Shown: positions 26,672 to 36,452 of the stretch, one piece after another
Numbering within the stretch: position 1 is the stretch's first letter
Layout: every line of letters begins with the position of its first letter
Assembly (NCBI GenBank): GCA_031374725.1
Contig: JANMGT010000021.1
Location: 28,923-92,922 of the forward strand
Direction of reading: 5' to 3'
From: Lysobacteraceae bacterium
GTDB taxonomy: Bacteria > Pseudomonadota > Gammaproteobacteria > Xanthomonadales > Xanthomonadaceae
Length of the DNA: 64,000 bases
Notes under the pieces: generated by a model
What the model was told of the DNA's origin: nothing
The model's input: only the letters and a program-made list of their open reading frames with translations
Database searches by the model: none
Made by a program: the position numbers and the translations under genes

Positions 26672-27195
26672 GCTCGCAGCCACCAGACGTCGAACGCGCT
26701 TTCGATATCCGAGATCAGCAAGTCGCGTGGGCCTTCGGGCATCGCCAGCGTCAAAAAACCGAACTGCGTGCCGCGCAGGCGCACGCCGTTCTGGAGCAAG
26801 GCAGAGGCGATACGGTCGTCTGTAGTTCGTCTCGGCAGGAAGTTGAAATCGAGTTCGCAGACCAAGGTGCCGAATTGGTCTGGCAATGAAAAATCCATCT
26901 TTGGAGTGAAGTTCACGGCCTTTGCCGTCGCATCGATTGTGGAAACGATCGTCCAGACCGGGACATCAATAGTGGCAAAGGTGCGGCACTGCACGTCAAG
27001 TGTAATTTCGGTCGCGGTAAGAACGATGCGTGAGTGAAAGCCGAGCGCGCTGCGCAGCATGTCGTCGAAACGCGTGCATAAAGCCGCAAACTGCGTCTGG
27101 ATGAAACTGTCCCGCGCTGCGCGTTCCGCCGCCTTGGCCGCGATGGCCGCCTGCCGCTGCACAAGAAGCGGATCGATTTTTTGGGCGATGCTCAT
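26668..27195 (-). CDS. Hypothetical protein
   Basis: 175-aa ORF coupled to its neighbours; no family recognised. Confidence 0.7.
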   Translation of the reverse strand: MSIAQKIDPLLVQRQAAIAAKAAERAARDSFIQTQFAALCTRFDDMLRSALGFHSRIVLTATEITLDVQCRTFATIDVPVWTIVSTIDATAKAVNFTPKMDFSLPDQFGTLVCELDFNFLPRRTTDDRIASALLQNGVRLRGTQFGFLTLAMPEGPRDLLISDIESAFDVWWLRA

Positions 27196-27207
27196 GGCGG
27201 CGTCCTG

Positions 27208-28560
27208 TCAATCGCGTCGAGTGAAGTAAGAAGCCCATGGGCTCCGATACGCCGGCGTGCCCGAGTACCCTCGAGACATCGCCGACGCTTGCGAAGAAGG
27301 CATCGGCGATTGCGCCTGATGCGCTGCCGGTTTTGGCGATTGTGGCGCTTGCACTGTTACTTGAACGCGGTCGATGGTGATGCGAGGCCCCGCCGACGCT
27401 GCTGCCGGCGCAAGCAGCGAAGCGATCTGCGCAGCATCGATCGCAGGCGGGGCTATGAGACGATTCAGCGACGATGCGTGAGTGTCTGGCCTTGGCGACG
27501 ATGCTGACGGCATTCCCATCTCAACGGTGCGAGCGTATGGGCTCGGGCTTGACGCAATCGTCAAATGCGCTCTGTGCGCACTGACGTCGTTGTCTCGCTT
27601 GGGTTGAGAATCGCTACTGCCTAGCCTGGTCTTTGCCACGGCTGCCGTGTCGCTGCGGTTGGCACGATCAGAATGTTCATTGACGCGACTGGATACGGCA
27701 TCGAACGATATCGCAGAGGCCGATATCGTAGAAGCCGCTCGATCCTCTAACGATTGTGTTGTTGTCGAAGGAGCGTCCGCAGCAACGCGTTGATGACCAT
27801 TGCTGCCTGAAATTGCATCATTGACTGTCGCGATCTGGTCTATTGCCGCTGCGATCGCAGGGCCGCTAGCTTCGGGGGCGAAGACGCGCCCTTTTCGCTG
27901 GATACTCACAACAGCAGCCGAACGCGAGTCGAGTATCGCCGATGGCGCCATGTCTGGGATATCGGTCGCAAGATTCGTAGAGAGGCCGGATGTATCGCTA
28001 CGCACAGAAGCGAGAGCCGATGTAGAGGCGTCTCCATCGCGACTGCGTGGTAACACGCCTTGTAGCATCGCATCGCGTTGCTCGATCGCCGAAGACGCGC
28101 GAGTGTCGCCGATCGAATGGGATGCGAGGAGTGCAGTTGCATCTGCATCCACGCCATATGCATGATGGCCGCGGCTATTGTTGCGATCACTGTTGCGATG
28201 ATTGTTTCGATCATTGTTTTGATGGGCCGCAAGCGATGGCCTTCGTTCTGCGTTTACGCTCGGCATAGCGCCTTCGTTCGGCTGTCTATTCTCGTCGATC
28301 GAATGAGCCATCGACCCACTCTCTTCGTCGGCGATATTCAATTCTGATACCTCTGCGGACCACCCATCCTCCATGCCGTTCGTATCGTCAACGATGGCAG
28401 AGACTACCGGCGAATTCGGCGCTTGATTCGCCCGATTCTTGATCGCTGGCGGAAGCCAATGCGAACGCACCGGCGTCGGGGTGCGGCCGGCGAGAGGCAA
28501 GCCCCGTCCCGCCAGCGCGTAGCGCTCGTTGGCGATAGTGCTAGTTCCTTGATCGTTCAT
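27208..28560 (-). CDS. Low-complexity Ser/Ala-rich protein with C-terminal ITIDRVQVTV motif
   Basis: 450-aa ORF starting 3 bp after the DUF6760-like stop; mostly disordered composition. Confidence 0.7.
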   Translation of the reverse strand: MNDQGTSTIANERYALAGRGLPLAGRTPTPVRSHWLPPAIKNRANQAPNSPVVSAIVDDTNGMEDGWSAEVSELNIADEESGSMAHSIDENRQPNEGAMPSVNAERRPSLAAHQNNDRNNHRNSDRNNSRGHHAYGVDADATALLASHSIGDTRASSAIEQRDAMLQGVLPRSRDGDASTSALASVRSDTSGLSTNLATDIPDMAPSAILDSRSAAVVSIQRKGRVFAPEASGPAIAAAIDQIATVNDAISGSNGHQRVAADAPSTTTQSLEDRAASTISASAISFDAVSSRVNEHSDRANRSDTAAVAKTRLGSSDSQPKRDNDVSAHRAHLTIASSPSPYARTVEMGMPSASSPRPDTHASSLNRLIAPPAIDAAQIASLLAPAAASAGPRITIDRVQVTVQAPQSPKPAAHQAQSPMPSSQASAMSRGYSGTPAYRSPWASYFTRRD

Positions 28561-28563
28561 GCG

Positions 28564-28728
28564 TCAGGTCTCGGCTGCGAACTGTCTAGCGATGATGTCC
28601 AGGTAGATCAATCGTTTCCTTTTCGGCAACCGTAGAATGTCGGCTTCCGACCAGTGATATCGCACCGCGATGATGTGGATCTCCTCGTAAAGCCGACTCA
28701 GGCCCGTGATGCGTTCGGCAAAAAAAAA
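28564..28728 (-). CDS. DUF6760-like segment (C-terminal half of the gp26-like protein, in the -1 frame)
   Basis: RLYEEIHIIAVRYHWSEADILRLPKRKRLIYL has no ATG/GTG between the T9 run and the LYEE motif, and joins the upstream ORF by a -1 shift at T9. Confidence 0.75.
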   Translation of the reverse strand, partial: FFFAERITGLSRLYEEIHIIAVRYHWSEADILRLPKRKRLIYLDIIARQFAAET

Positions 28729-29468
28729 GCGTCGAGGTCGAAGCTGTAGCTCATATCGGCGCGGCAATGCGGGCACGCGATATCGATAAAAAGATCCGGC
28801 CCTGGCGCATTGGCATCTAGCCAAGCCGCCAACTCCGCGCGCATCGCGATCGGCCAAGCGCGCGCATCATCTTCGCTAGGCGGCCCGTTGCCGTCGATGT
28901 CCTGCACGACGCGAGCAAACAGTGCTGTATTCGCGGCAGCCGGATTGATCGTCGCGAGCGATTCCACTACCGTTTGATCGGCGCCGTTCGGAAAGCGCAC
29001 AGCGAGTCGATGGCCGCCGATCTCGACCGAGTACGTCCGCTGGGGTTGATCCAGGCGGCGCAGCGGCAGTTCGCTGATGGAAAAATCGATATCGACTTTT
29101 TGCGAACACGATGGGCAGCGTGCGACTTGATGCACAGCGTCGCCGAGATCGAGCTGACGCATCCGCAGCAATAGATAATCGCGGTCGCCAATTGAGAGAT
29201 TTTCGACGAATGCCGTATCGATCGCCTGTCGCGATTCTTCGACCGACTCGATCACTCGCGCTAAGAAGGCGCTGACGCGCTGCGCGTCGCTCTTGCTTTC
29301 GCGATCGAACAGTGCCTCTTCATCGGCGCCGGTGAGTTCGCGAACGCGAACGCAGCGATGCACGGTGCCGTCGGCAGCGATGATGCCGCCAGGAAGAGAT
29401 AAGCTTCGCCGAACCGCCGACTCTCGGTCGGCGATGTCGGCGAAGGTGAGATGCTCGATCGTCGTCAT
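28698..29468 (-). CDS. T4 gp26-like baseplate/tail assembly protein with two CxxC motifs
   Basis: RELTGADEE, LSIGDRDYLLLRMR, CPSC and CPHC; ends shortly after a T9 homopolymer. Confidence 0.8.
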   Translation of the reverse strand: MTTIEHLTFADIADRESAVRRSLSLPGGIIAADGTVHRCVRVRELTGADEEALFDRESKSDAQRVSAFLARVIESVEESRQAIDTAFVENLSIGDRDYLLLRMRQLDLGDAVHQVARCPSCSQKVDIDFSISELPLRRLDQPQRTYSVEIGGHRLAVRFPNGADQTVVESLATINPAAANTALFARVVQDIDGNGPPSEDDARAWPIAMRAELAAWLDANAPGPDLFIDIACPHCRADMSYSFDLDAFFLPNASRA

Positions 29469-29483
29469 GCGCTTTTCGGCTCC

Positions 29484-29963
29484 TTATTGCAGAACCTGGA
29501 TGCCTTCATTCTCGAGCGTCACCGTCTGGATCATGACGTCGGCCGAGTTGGCGTCGAGATCCGGCACCGCCACGTATTTCGACACCCAGCATTGATAGAC
29601 GCGATAGGCTTTCACCCGCTCGTTATTGAGATTGAAGATCTCGATATCGATCTCTTTGCGGAAATCGTTCGGGGTCTTCTGCGAGTCGGAGCCTTTGTTG
29701 CCCAGATAATTGGACATCGCTGTCGCCCATGCTTCGAAGGTCTTGTCCTTGGTCACACCCTGTTCCAGCGTGATCGGCTCGAACGAGACCATTCCAGGCA
29801 TCTTCTGCTTGAAACTGTCCATATCGCCAGCGCGGAATTCCTTGGATTCGACGCTGACTGTTAGCGCCGAGCATTTGGTGAGCCCGGCCACGACCTGCCC
29901 TCCGATCTTGATCTTGAATTTGAACTTACGGTAGGGGTCGAATTGCGAAGCGCGTGCAGCCAT
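29484..29963 (-). CDS. Tail tube protein (T4 gp19-like)
   Basis: DPYRKFKFKI, PITLEQGVT, FEAW, DFRKEIDIEIFN, WVSKY, TLENEG. Confidence 0.95.
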   Translation of the reverse strand: MAARASQFDPYRKFKFKIKIGGQVVAGLTKCSALTVSVESKEFRAGDMDSFKQKMPGMVSFEPITLEQGVTKDKTFEAWATAMSNYLGNKGSDSQKTPNDFRKEIDIEIFNLNNERVKAYRVYQCWVSKYVAVPDLDANSADVMIQTVTLENEGIQVLQ

Positions 29964-30067
29964 GTCGATTGCTCCTCGGTTGCAGATGCGGATGGATGGG
30001 TCCTAGGGTCGTCTGATCGCGCGCCGCTCGCGCATGTGGAACCTTTCCGACGCCCCGACGTTCGATG

Positions 30068-30550
30068 TCAGAGTCTTTCCCAGCCCTCATGGCGTAGGGT
30101 CACGCTTGAGATGCCGAAACCGCCGCCCAATGCGTCGAGATCAGGCATCGCCACGTATTTCGATACCCAGGCGCGATGCAGTTTGTAGCGCCGCAGCATC
30201 GCGTTGTCAGAAATCGCCGGCGTACCGTTGAGATCAAAAACTTCGATGAACAGTGTGCGTTTGAAGCCTTTTGCCGATGTTGGATCGTTATGCAGCGTCA
30301 TCACCTGGTTGGCCCAGGCCTCAAACGTCGGATCGGCGCTCCAACCTTGTTCCAGCGTGACCTCGTCGTAGCTGATCATGCCGGGGTTGTAGCGCGCTCC
30401 GAATGCGTCGCCCGCTTCTTTGATCTCGTTCGCAGCGACGCTACGACCCAACGGCGACACTTTTTGGATACCGGCGATAATCGCGTTGTCCAACCGGACC
30501 CTGAACTTGTAGGTCCGGTATGGATCGTGTTGGGAGGTGCGCGGTGCCAT
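30068..30550 (-). CDS. Second tail tube protein (T4 gp19-like)
   Basis: DPYRTYKFRV, VTLEQG, FEAWA, WVSKY, TLRHEGWER. Confidence 0.93.
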   Translation of the reverse strand: MAPRTSQHDPYRTYKFRVRLDNAIIAGIQKVSPLGRSVAANEIKEAGDAFGARYNPGMISYDEVTLEQGWSADPTFEAWANQVMTLHNDPTSAKGFKRTLFIEVFDLNGTPAISDNAMLRRYKLHRAWVSKYVAMPDLDALGGGFGISSVTLRHEGWERL

Positions 30551-30561
30551 GATCGGCGGCC

Positions 30562-33183
30562 TCAGCCTTGCGGACGCTGCGATTTCTGGCTGATACGGAT
30601 AATCACGAATTCTGCCGGCTTCAGCGGCGCGAACGCGACCTCCATATTCAGCCGGCCTGCGTTAACTTCCGACGGCGGATTAAGCTCCTCATCGCACTGC
30701 ACGCTGAAGGCTTCGTCCGGCGTCGCCCCAGCGAGCGCGCCCTTGCGGAACTCGCCCATCATGAAGTCGTCGATATTCGCTTTGAGTTGCTCCCACAGCG
30801 GCTTGTCGTTCGGCTCGAATACCGACCATTGCGTGCCGCGATAGATGCTCTGCCGCAGATACAGCGTGTAACGGCGCACCGGCACATAGCGATACTCGGG
30901 GTCGGACTGCGCGGCGAACGTGCGCGCGCCCCACACCACAATACCGCTGTCGGGGAAATGACGGATGCAGTTGACGCCGATCGGATTCAGGATGTCCTGC
31001 TCAGAATCCGTAACCGAATATTCCAAACCAATCGGGCCGACTAGGCCGGTTTCGGTGCCCGCAGGCGCTTTCCACACCCCGCGCGAGTTATCGATGCGAG
31101 CATATAGGCCAGCGATGAATCCCGATGGCGGCACATAGCGTCGCGGATTCTTGCCAGCGCCAGCGCGATCGGCCACCTCCAGCCACGGGTAATACAGTGC
31201 GCCGTAGCTATTCTTCGGGCTGACCTTGTTGCGCATGTAATCCTGAACATGCACCGGTTCGGTGATCGGTGTGTCTTTCGTGCGCTTGCCGCTGGCATCG
31301 GCGATGAAGAAACAGTCTTGGCGCGTACCGCAGTAACCGAGTGCAGCGCCGACCACGGCCGGATCGCTAGCGCCTGGAATCGCGATGAAGTTCACGTCGG
31401 AGGCGTCATCGAGCGCATGCAATCCCGTCTTCTTGTCGGCGGTGCCGAGTAGATCGAAATTCGTGATCGGGCTACCGTCGTCGCCGTTGGAGAACGTCCA
31501 CGGCTCGTTGATATTGGCGACCAGATGGAAGTTCGGCCGGAAATACGGCGAAGCGGCGTTGCCGTTGGCATAGCCAGCCTGCGTCTGCGTGTCGAAGCCG
31601 ATACGGATATTCGGGCTCAACTGGCCATCCATCACGCGCAGCGAATAGAACGGCCCGCGACGCGCTTGACGCACGATCACCCGACCGTTGACGACGCTGG
31701 CGACGAGATTGCCCGCGGCTGCAGTATTGATCGCCGCTCTAAGTTGGTCGGCAGTGACCTGTTGCAGATTCGGGAAGGCCAAGCCGGTAGTGAAATTCAC
31801 CGTGATTGCAGCCGACTCGCTGCCGTCGATATCGTTATTGACGAAGAACGACAGGTTGGCGCCGCTTTCCACCGTGAACGGCCCAACCTTGCTCTGCACG
31901 AAAGCGGCTTCGGAGCTGCCCAAGCCAAAGACACCGCCGCCCGGCTGCGGGTCGCCATTCATTTGGACTAATCCCAATGGCCCTGCGCCGCTACCGCTGA
32001 TCAGCATGATGCTGTTGTTGGCGCCTGTGTTGGTGGTGCTGATCATCAATCGATTGCCGTACAGGCGCGCGCTGAACTGGCCGCCGAAAGTGGCGTTGGC
32101 AAAGGCAGCATTCAGTTGAGTGAGGACATCCGCCCGCGGAAGCGCAAGGTCTTCGGTCAAAGTGACTGAACCGACAAGAAAAGTGTTTAGCGTGAACGAA
32201 ACTACATTTTTCCCCGCTGATGTATCGAAGGCGGCGCTTGTTGCGGTCAGCAATATCGCGCCGACAGCGGCGCCGCTGCCGCGATAGAACCCATTCATTC
32301 CGGCGATGCCTGGCGTCGCATTACCGATCGAAAAGGCTTGATCGAAGCCCGCAGCGTTGTGCTGTATGCGCAGTTTCCCGGCGTTGGCCACATCGCTGCT
32401 GGGCACGATCGATGCCGTGAGGTTGTACTGCCCCCAGGCGGCGTTGATCGCATCGACCACGACTTGCGGCGTGCGTGGACTCGGCACGGTGTCCGGGATC
32501 GCAGCAAGATTGAGCGGCGTGGCAACGGTGCCATCAGGCAACGTGAGGCGAAGATTATTGTCACCGACCGGTAGTACCGGATTCGCCAGCGCAGTGGTCG
32601 ACATCGCAGTGGCATACGTCAGCGGTGTTGATGCGTTCAGATCGCTGACCTGGATAAATTCAGATCCGCTGTTCACAGCCGTTTCGACGTAATTCTCGCT
32701 ATTTGGGTCCATCGACAGATCGTCGAACAATTCCACCAACTCGCCGTCGTACAGCACGACCAGCTTAAACTCGCGCGTTGGGTTCGTGGAACCATCTTCG
32801 ACCAAGACGCTCAGGCTGTTGCCCCAGGCGCCTTTGCCCTTCGCTTCGATACTCAACGTCGAGCGGGGCAGTGTCTCGCGCGACGTGAGGCTGCTGGTTG
32901 CCACGCGCGAAGATGCGTCCGACAGCGCGCGCACGATGTAACAGCGCTTACCGCCGTTGTTGAAGAACTGTTCGACCGCATACGGCAGATAGGGGCCGTC
33001 TCGGGTGACGTCGCCGAACTTGGTGACGAACGAACGCCATGTGGTGACGAAAGTCGCCTTGTTGGGGATGCCTTTAGCGGTTGCGCCGACGAATGCAGCG
33101 GTCGACGTGCCCACGCCTTCGATCGGGCGGACGCCGCTGGACTTCTCTTCGACGTACACGCCTGGATGGAGATACTCTGCCAT
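30562..33183 (-). CDS. Contractile tail sheath protein (873 aa, large internal insertion)
   Basis: YLHPGVYVEE, AAFVG, FFNNGG..CYIVR, YGALYYPW, GVWKAPAG, LNPIGVNCIR, WGART, YVPVRR, APLKPAEFVIIRISQ. Confidence 0.96.
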   Translation of the reverse strand: MAEYLHPGVYVEEKSSGVRPIEGVGTSTAAFVGATAKGIPNKATFVTTWRSFVTKFGDVTRDGPYLPYAVEQFFNNGGKRCYIVRALSDASSRVATSSLTSRETLPRSTLSIEAKGKGAWGNSLSVLVEDGSTNPTREFKLVVLYDGELVELFDDLSMDPNSENYVETAVNSGSEFIQVSDLNASTPLTYATAMSTTALANPVLPVGDNNLRLTLPDGTVATPLNLAAIPDTVPSPRTPQVVVDAINAAWGQYNLTASIVPSSDVANAGKLRIQHNAAGFDQAFSIGNATPGIAGMNGFYRGSGAAVGAILLTATSAAFDTSAGKNVVSFTLNTFLVGSVTLTEDLALPRADVLTQLNAAFANATFGGQFSARLYGNRLMISTTNTGANNSIMLISGSGAGPLGLVQMNGDPQPGGGVFGLGSSEAAFVQSKVGPFTVESGANLSFFVNNDIDGSESAAITVNFTTGLAFPNLQQVTADQLRAAINTAAAGNLVASVVNGRVIVRQARRGPFYSLRVMDGQLSPNIRIGFDTQTQAGYANGNAASPYFRPNFHLVANINEPWTFSNGDDGSPITNFDLLGTADKKTGLHALDDASDVNFIAIPGASDPAVVGAALGYCGTRQDCFFIADASGKRTKDTPITEPVHVQDYMRNKVSPKNSYGALYYPWLEVADRAGAGKNPRRYVPPSGFIAGLYARIDNSRGVWKAPAGTETGLVGPIGLEYSVTDSEQDILNPIGVNCIRHFPDSGIVVWGARTFAAQSDPEYRYVPVRRYTLYLRQSIYRGTQWSVFEPNDKPLWEQLKANIDDFMMGEFRKGALAGATPDEAFSVQCDEELNPPSEVNAGRLNMEVAFAPLKPAEFVIIRISQKSQRPQG

Positions 33184-33243
33184 GTCGGAACTCCTGTCGG
33201 TGGATACAAGTCGGTCGCCGCTGCGGCCGGCCGGTGTGAAGGA

Positions 33244-33621
33244 TTATTTCTCGGCTTTCTTTTCTGCTTTCTTCGACGCTTTTTGCGCTGCGTTTTGCGC
33301 ATCTGCATGTTCCGCAGACGGCTCAGCGTCGGCTTTTGCGGTTTCGGCGGCTTTCGCTTTCGTCTCTGCGCGCCAAGTCTCGTAGGCCTCGCGCTGCGGA
33401 TCGTCCGGTCGAGGGCTCAAGTCCGCGATCACATCGTCCATGCGCGCGGGAAGCCGTCGTATCCATCCGGCGCGCTCCCATTCGGGTAGATGATGGTTGT
33501 CGTACAAGGATTCCTCAACGATCGCGCGCGAGGTGGAGTTCGGCGCGAGCATCAGCACTTCGCCGCCGCGTAGATCGATAGCGAGCGCTTTGTCGTGAAG
33601 GTTGTGGAGTCGGCAGGCCAT
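33244..33621 (-). CDS. Small hypothetical protein
   Basis: 125-aa ORF with RBS GAGG between the ATPase and the sheath; Ala/Lys/Glu-rich tail. Confidence 0.7.
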   Translation of the reverse strand: MACRLHNLHDKALAIDLRGGEVLMLAPNSTSRAIVEESLYDNHHLPEWERAGWIRRLPARMDDVIADLSPRPDDPQREAYETWRAETKAKAAETAKADAEPSAEHADAQNAAQKASKKAEKKAEK

Positions 33622-33633
33622 AGCAGCGTGTCC

Positions 33634-35889
33634 TCAGGTTGCGATTCTGTGGATCGAATCGTGACGCGCAGAAGTCGTATTTCGTGCGCCACTCTTGGGC
33701 AAGTGATTTGAATAACTGCCGAACTCCTCGTGCGGCATGCGCCGTCCGGCCTTAACGATTTCGATACGTACCGCGTTGACGATTTCGCGCATACCGATTT
33801 CGCCATCGGCGTCTGCGGCGAGATAGGCCGCACTGAGCGCCGCATTACGAATCGTACCTCCGGCGAACTCGAAGCGGCGCGCAAGAAATTCCCAATCGAT
33901 GTCCTTCGCGATCGGAGCGTTTGGCGGAAAACTCTGCTGCCACAGGCGCAGACGTTCAGGCGCCTGTGGCATCGGAAACTCAAGGCTGACATGAATGCGG
34001 CGAAGGAAGGCTTCATCGATATGATCTCGCTTATTCGTTGCGAGTATCGCGATGCCGCTGAAGTTCTCGACTCGCTGCAAAAGATAGTTTATTTCGATAT
34101 TTGCATAGCGATCGTGGGCATCTTTAACTTCGGAACGCTTACCGAACAGCGCGTCCGCTTCATCGAAGAACAACACCGAATCCATGCGGTCGGCCTCGTC
34201 GAAAATAGTCCTCAAGTTCTTCTCAGTTTCGCCGATGTATTTGCTGACGACACCTGCTAGATCAATGCGGAACATCCGCATGTGAAGCGTGTGCGCAACC
34301 GCGTCTGCGGCCATAGTTTTGCCGGTTCCGGATGCACCATGGAACAAGGCGATCAAGCCCTTTCCGCGCGGAGAAAGATCGTCGAAGCACCAATCTTCGA
34401 GCACGGTACGCCGATGTTGCACCCGGCGCACGATATCGTCGATCAGCGCCATGCGATCTTCGGACAGTACAAGATCTTTAATCGAATGCCTGGTAACCAC
34501 CGCATCCGTCAGCCGATGCAAACGCGGCGTGGCCGATCGGCCGACGATATCGTGCAAAATGCGCGTGCGCTCGTCGGCATCATCGGCTGCCGACAGCGAA
34601 GCCATCGCCTGTCGCATTGCAGTCGCAATTTCGCCTTCGGTCAGCCTGAATTTCGAAGCCAACGCCTTTGCCAGCGTGAGGCATTGCCCCGGCTCCCACC
34701 GCATCGCCTGTGCGATTGCCAGTGTCCACGTCACTTCGCGCTCGGCGATTCCGAGTGTCGGCAGTTCCAGTTCGATCGTCTCCGCTGCCGGAAACCAAAG
34801 TGAACAAGGCAGACGCTCTTCTGAACACAACACCACACAACCACCGAAACTGCGCAACCAACTGCGAATCGCACCGCAGCATTCGTTCTGTAGCTCGGCA
34901 TCGTTGAGAAGAACGTCGGCGTGATGAATCGCGACGATCCAACGATGCAGATGGGCATCGCGCATAATAGCGGTAGTGATTTCCGAAACTTCGGATGGCA
35001 ATGCTTTATATTTTCGTGCGTCTATGTCGATTCGTCCGATCCGAGCGCGCTGGCATGCGGCTTCTAATGCATGCGCACGACCACTGCCGGCGCGGCCGCA
35101 GAGATCGATAACGGTTCCGGCATTCGATTCGGCGTGTGCGTTATTGGCCTCGAATACGGATGCCAAAATCGCTGTAACCTCGCTGATCGCTGCGCGCGCG
35201 CGCCACAGCAAACTCGCCAGCGCGGGCGTATCGCGATCGATCTGCAGACGAGCGATACGCTCGTCAAACCCTTCGTAATCGAGCAGATAACGCGCCACGC
35301 CGTCAGCGACCCTGAACATACTGTTGCGCGGGGATTTTCGCTCGTCGCAGGTCAAAAGACCGAGGCGAAAAAGTGGAGAATCCGCCAGAAAGTAACGCTG
35401 TAGCTGCAATTGTTCCGACGGTGCCGTCAGTAGCCGCAGCAGCGTATCGATGGTTGGGCGCGGCTTGGTCAGATCATCGTTGAGGTACGCGAAAAGACGA
35501 TCGAATCGACGGTCGATTTCAGGCGCGAGGCAAGCGAGTACAGCCTCGATTTCGAAATCATTGAGCGAGAAAGCGCGAGCTAACCCATCGATCTTGGCGT
35601 TTGCATCTGTATGATTTGACAGCAACAAAAGCAAACTTCCCGCGTAAATCGTTTCATCCTGCGCACGGCTCGCATCCAGCAAATGATCGACTTCCGTGTC
35701 GGTAACGACTAAATGCTTGAGCGCAGGGTTCACTCCGCCATCGCGCATTGCATTGATAATAATCCCAACACGGCGATCTAGCTCAAGGAGCATCACCTTC
35801 ATCCAGTCGCCATCGTCATGCTCGGCTGCACCTGCGCTAGCCGTGACTAGATCGATGATATCGCGAGGAGGCTGCTCTAGCGCGTTCAC
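33634..35889 (-). CDS. eCIS AAA+ ATPase (Afp15-like)
   Basis: Walker A GASGTGKT, Walker B LFFDEAD, YIGETEKNL, DAHDRYANIE; winged-helix-like N-terminus (LAPEIDRRFDRLFAYLNDD). Confidence 0.94.
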   Translation of the reverse strand: MNALEQPPRDIIDLVTASAGAAEHDDGDWMKVMLLELDRRVGIIINAMRDGGVNPALKHLVVTDTEVDHLLDASRAQDETIYAGSLLLLLSNHTDANAKIDGLARAFSLNDFEIEAVLACLAPEIDRRFDRLFAYLNDDLTKPRPTIDTLLRLLTAPSEQLQLQRYFLADSPLFRLGLLTCDERKSPRNSMFRVADGVARYLLDYEGFDERIARLQIDRDTPALASLLWRARAAISEVTAILASVFEANNAHAESNAGTVIDLCGRAGSGRAHALEAACQRARIGRIDIDARKYKALPSEVSEITTAIMRDAHLHRWIVAIHHADVLLNDAELQNECCGAIRSWLRSFGGCVVLCSEERLPCSLWFPAAETIELELPTLGIAEREVTWTLAIAQAMRWEPGQCLTLAKALASKFRLTEGEIATAMRQAMASLSAADDADERTRILHDIVGRSATPRLHRLTDAVVTRHSIKDLVLSEDRMALIDDIVRRVQHRRTVLEDWCFDDLSPRGKGLIALFHGASGTGKTMAADAVAHTLHMRMFRIDLAGVVSKYIGETEKNLRTIFDEADRMDSVLFFDEADALFGKRSEVKDAHDRYANIEINYLLQRVENFSGIAILATNKRDHIDEAFLRRIHVSLEFPMPQAPERLRLWQQSFPPNAPIAKDIDWEFLARRFEFAGGTIRNAALSAAYLAADADGEIGMREIVNAVRIEIVKAGRRMPHEEFGSYSNHLPKSGARNTTSARHDSIHRIAT

Positions 35890-36446
35890 CGCATTGGCCC
35901 CAGCTCAATGACGCGCTCCTGCACACGCTGTACGTTGCGGGTCACGCGACTATCGATCAGGATCGTCGAAACTTCGTACGTTGTGCTCAGGCGATAAGAC
36001 GCTTTATCGAACGAACGCCACAGATCGATCATTTCGCCGAGCGGCAATGTTCTGGGCACGATCCTCAGCTCCTCTGTCATCTCAGTGAGTACAGGATCGA
36101 GTAACGTATCTCCGTTCCGAATCAGGCCATTTTCGTGAAATACGCGCATCACTTCGCCGAGCGTGCGTTGGATTTCGATTTCGTCAGGGCCGTAAGGCGT
36201 GATCAAAAAATGCAGATTAAGCCCGAATGGTGCAGCCACGAGTTCGGTTTCCGAACGCGCCTGCCAATCGAGGTTCGTCGTAAATGGATTGTGCTCCACC
36301 CGATACAGATAGAGACTCAACTTAGGCCCGCTACCGCTGAGTTCGACCGGCGCCTTCAATACCTCTACCGTCAGCCCGATGATCTCTTGTTCGATCAAGG
36401 CCTTGAGAGTATTAGTCACCGCTGCGATCGCGCCGAAATCGCTCAT
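35886..36446 (-). CDS. DUF4255 / Pvc16-type tail terminator
   Basis: MSDFGAIAAVTNTL, LSLYLYRV, LNLHFLITPY, LGEVMRVFHE, YRLSTTYEVS. Confidence 0.9.
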   Translation of the reverse strand: MSDFGAIAAVTNTLKALIEQEIIGLTVEVLKAPVELSGSGPKLSLYLYRVEHNPFTTNLDWQARSETELVAAPFGLNLHFLITPYGPDEIEIQRTLGEVMRVFHENGLIRNGDTLLDPVLTEMTEELRIVPRTLPLGEMIDLWRSFDKASYRLSTTYEVSTILIDSRVTRNVQRVQERVIELGPMR

Positions 36447-36452
36447 TTTTGG

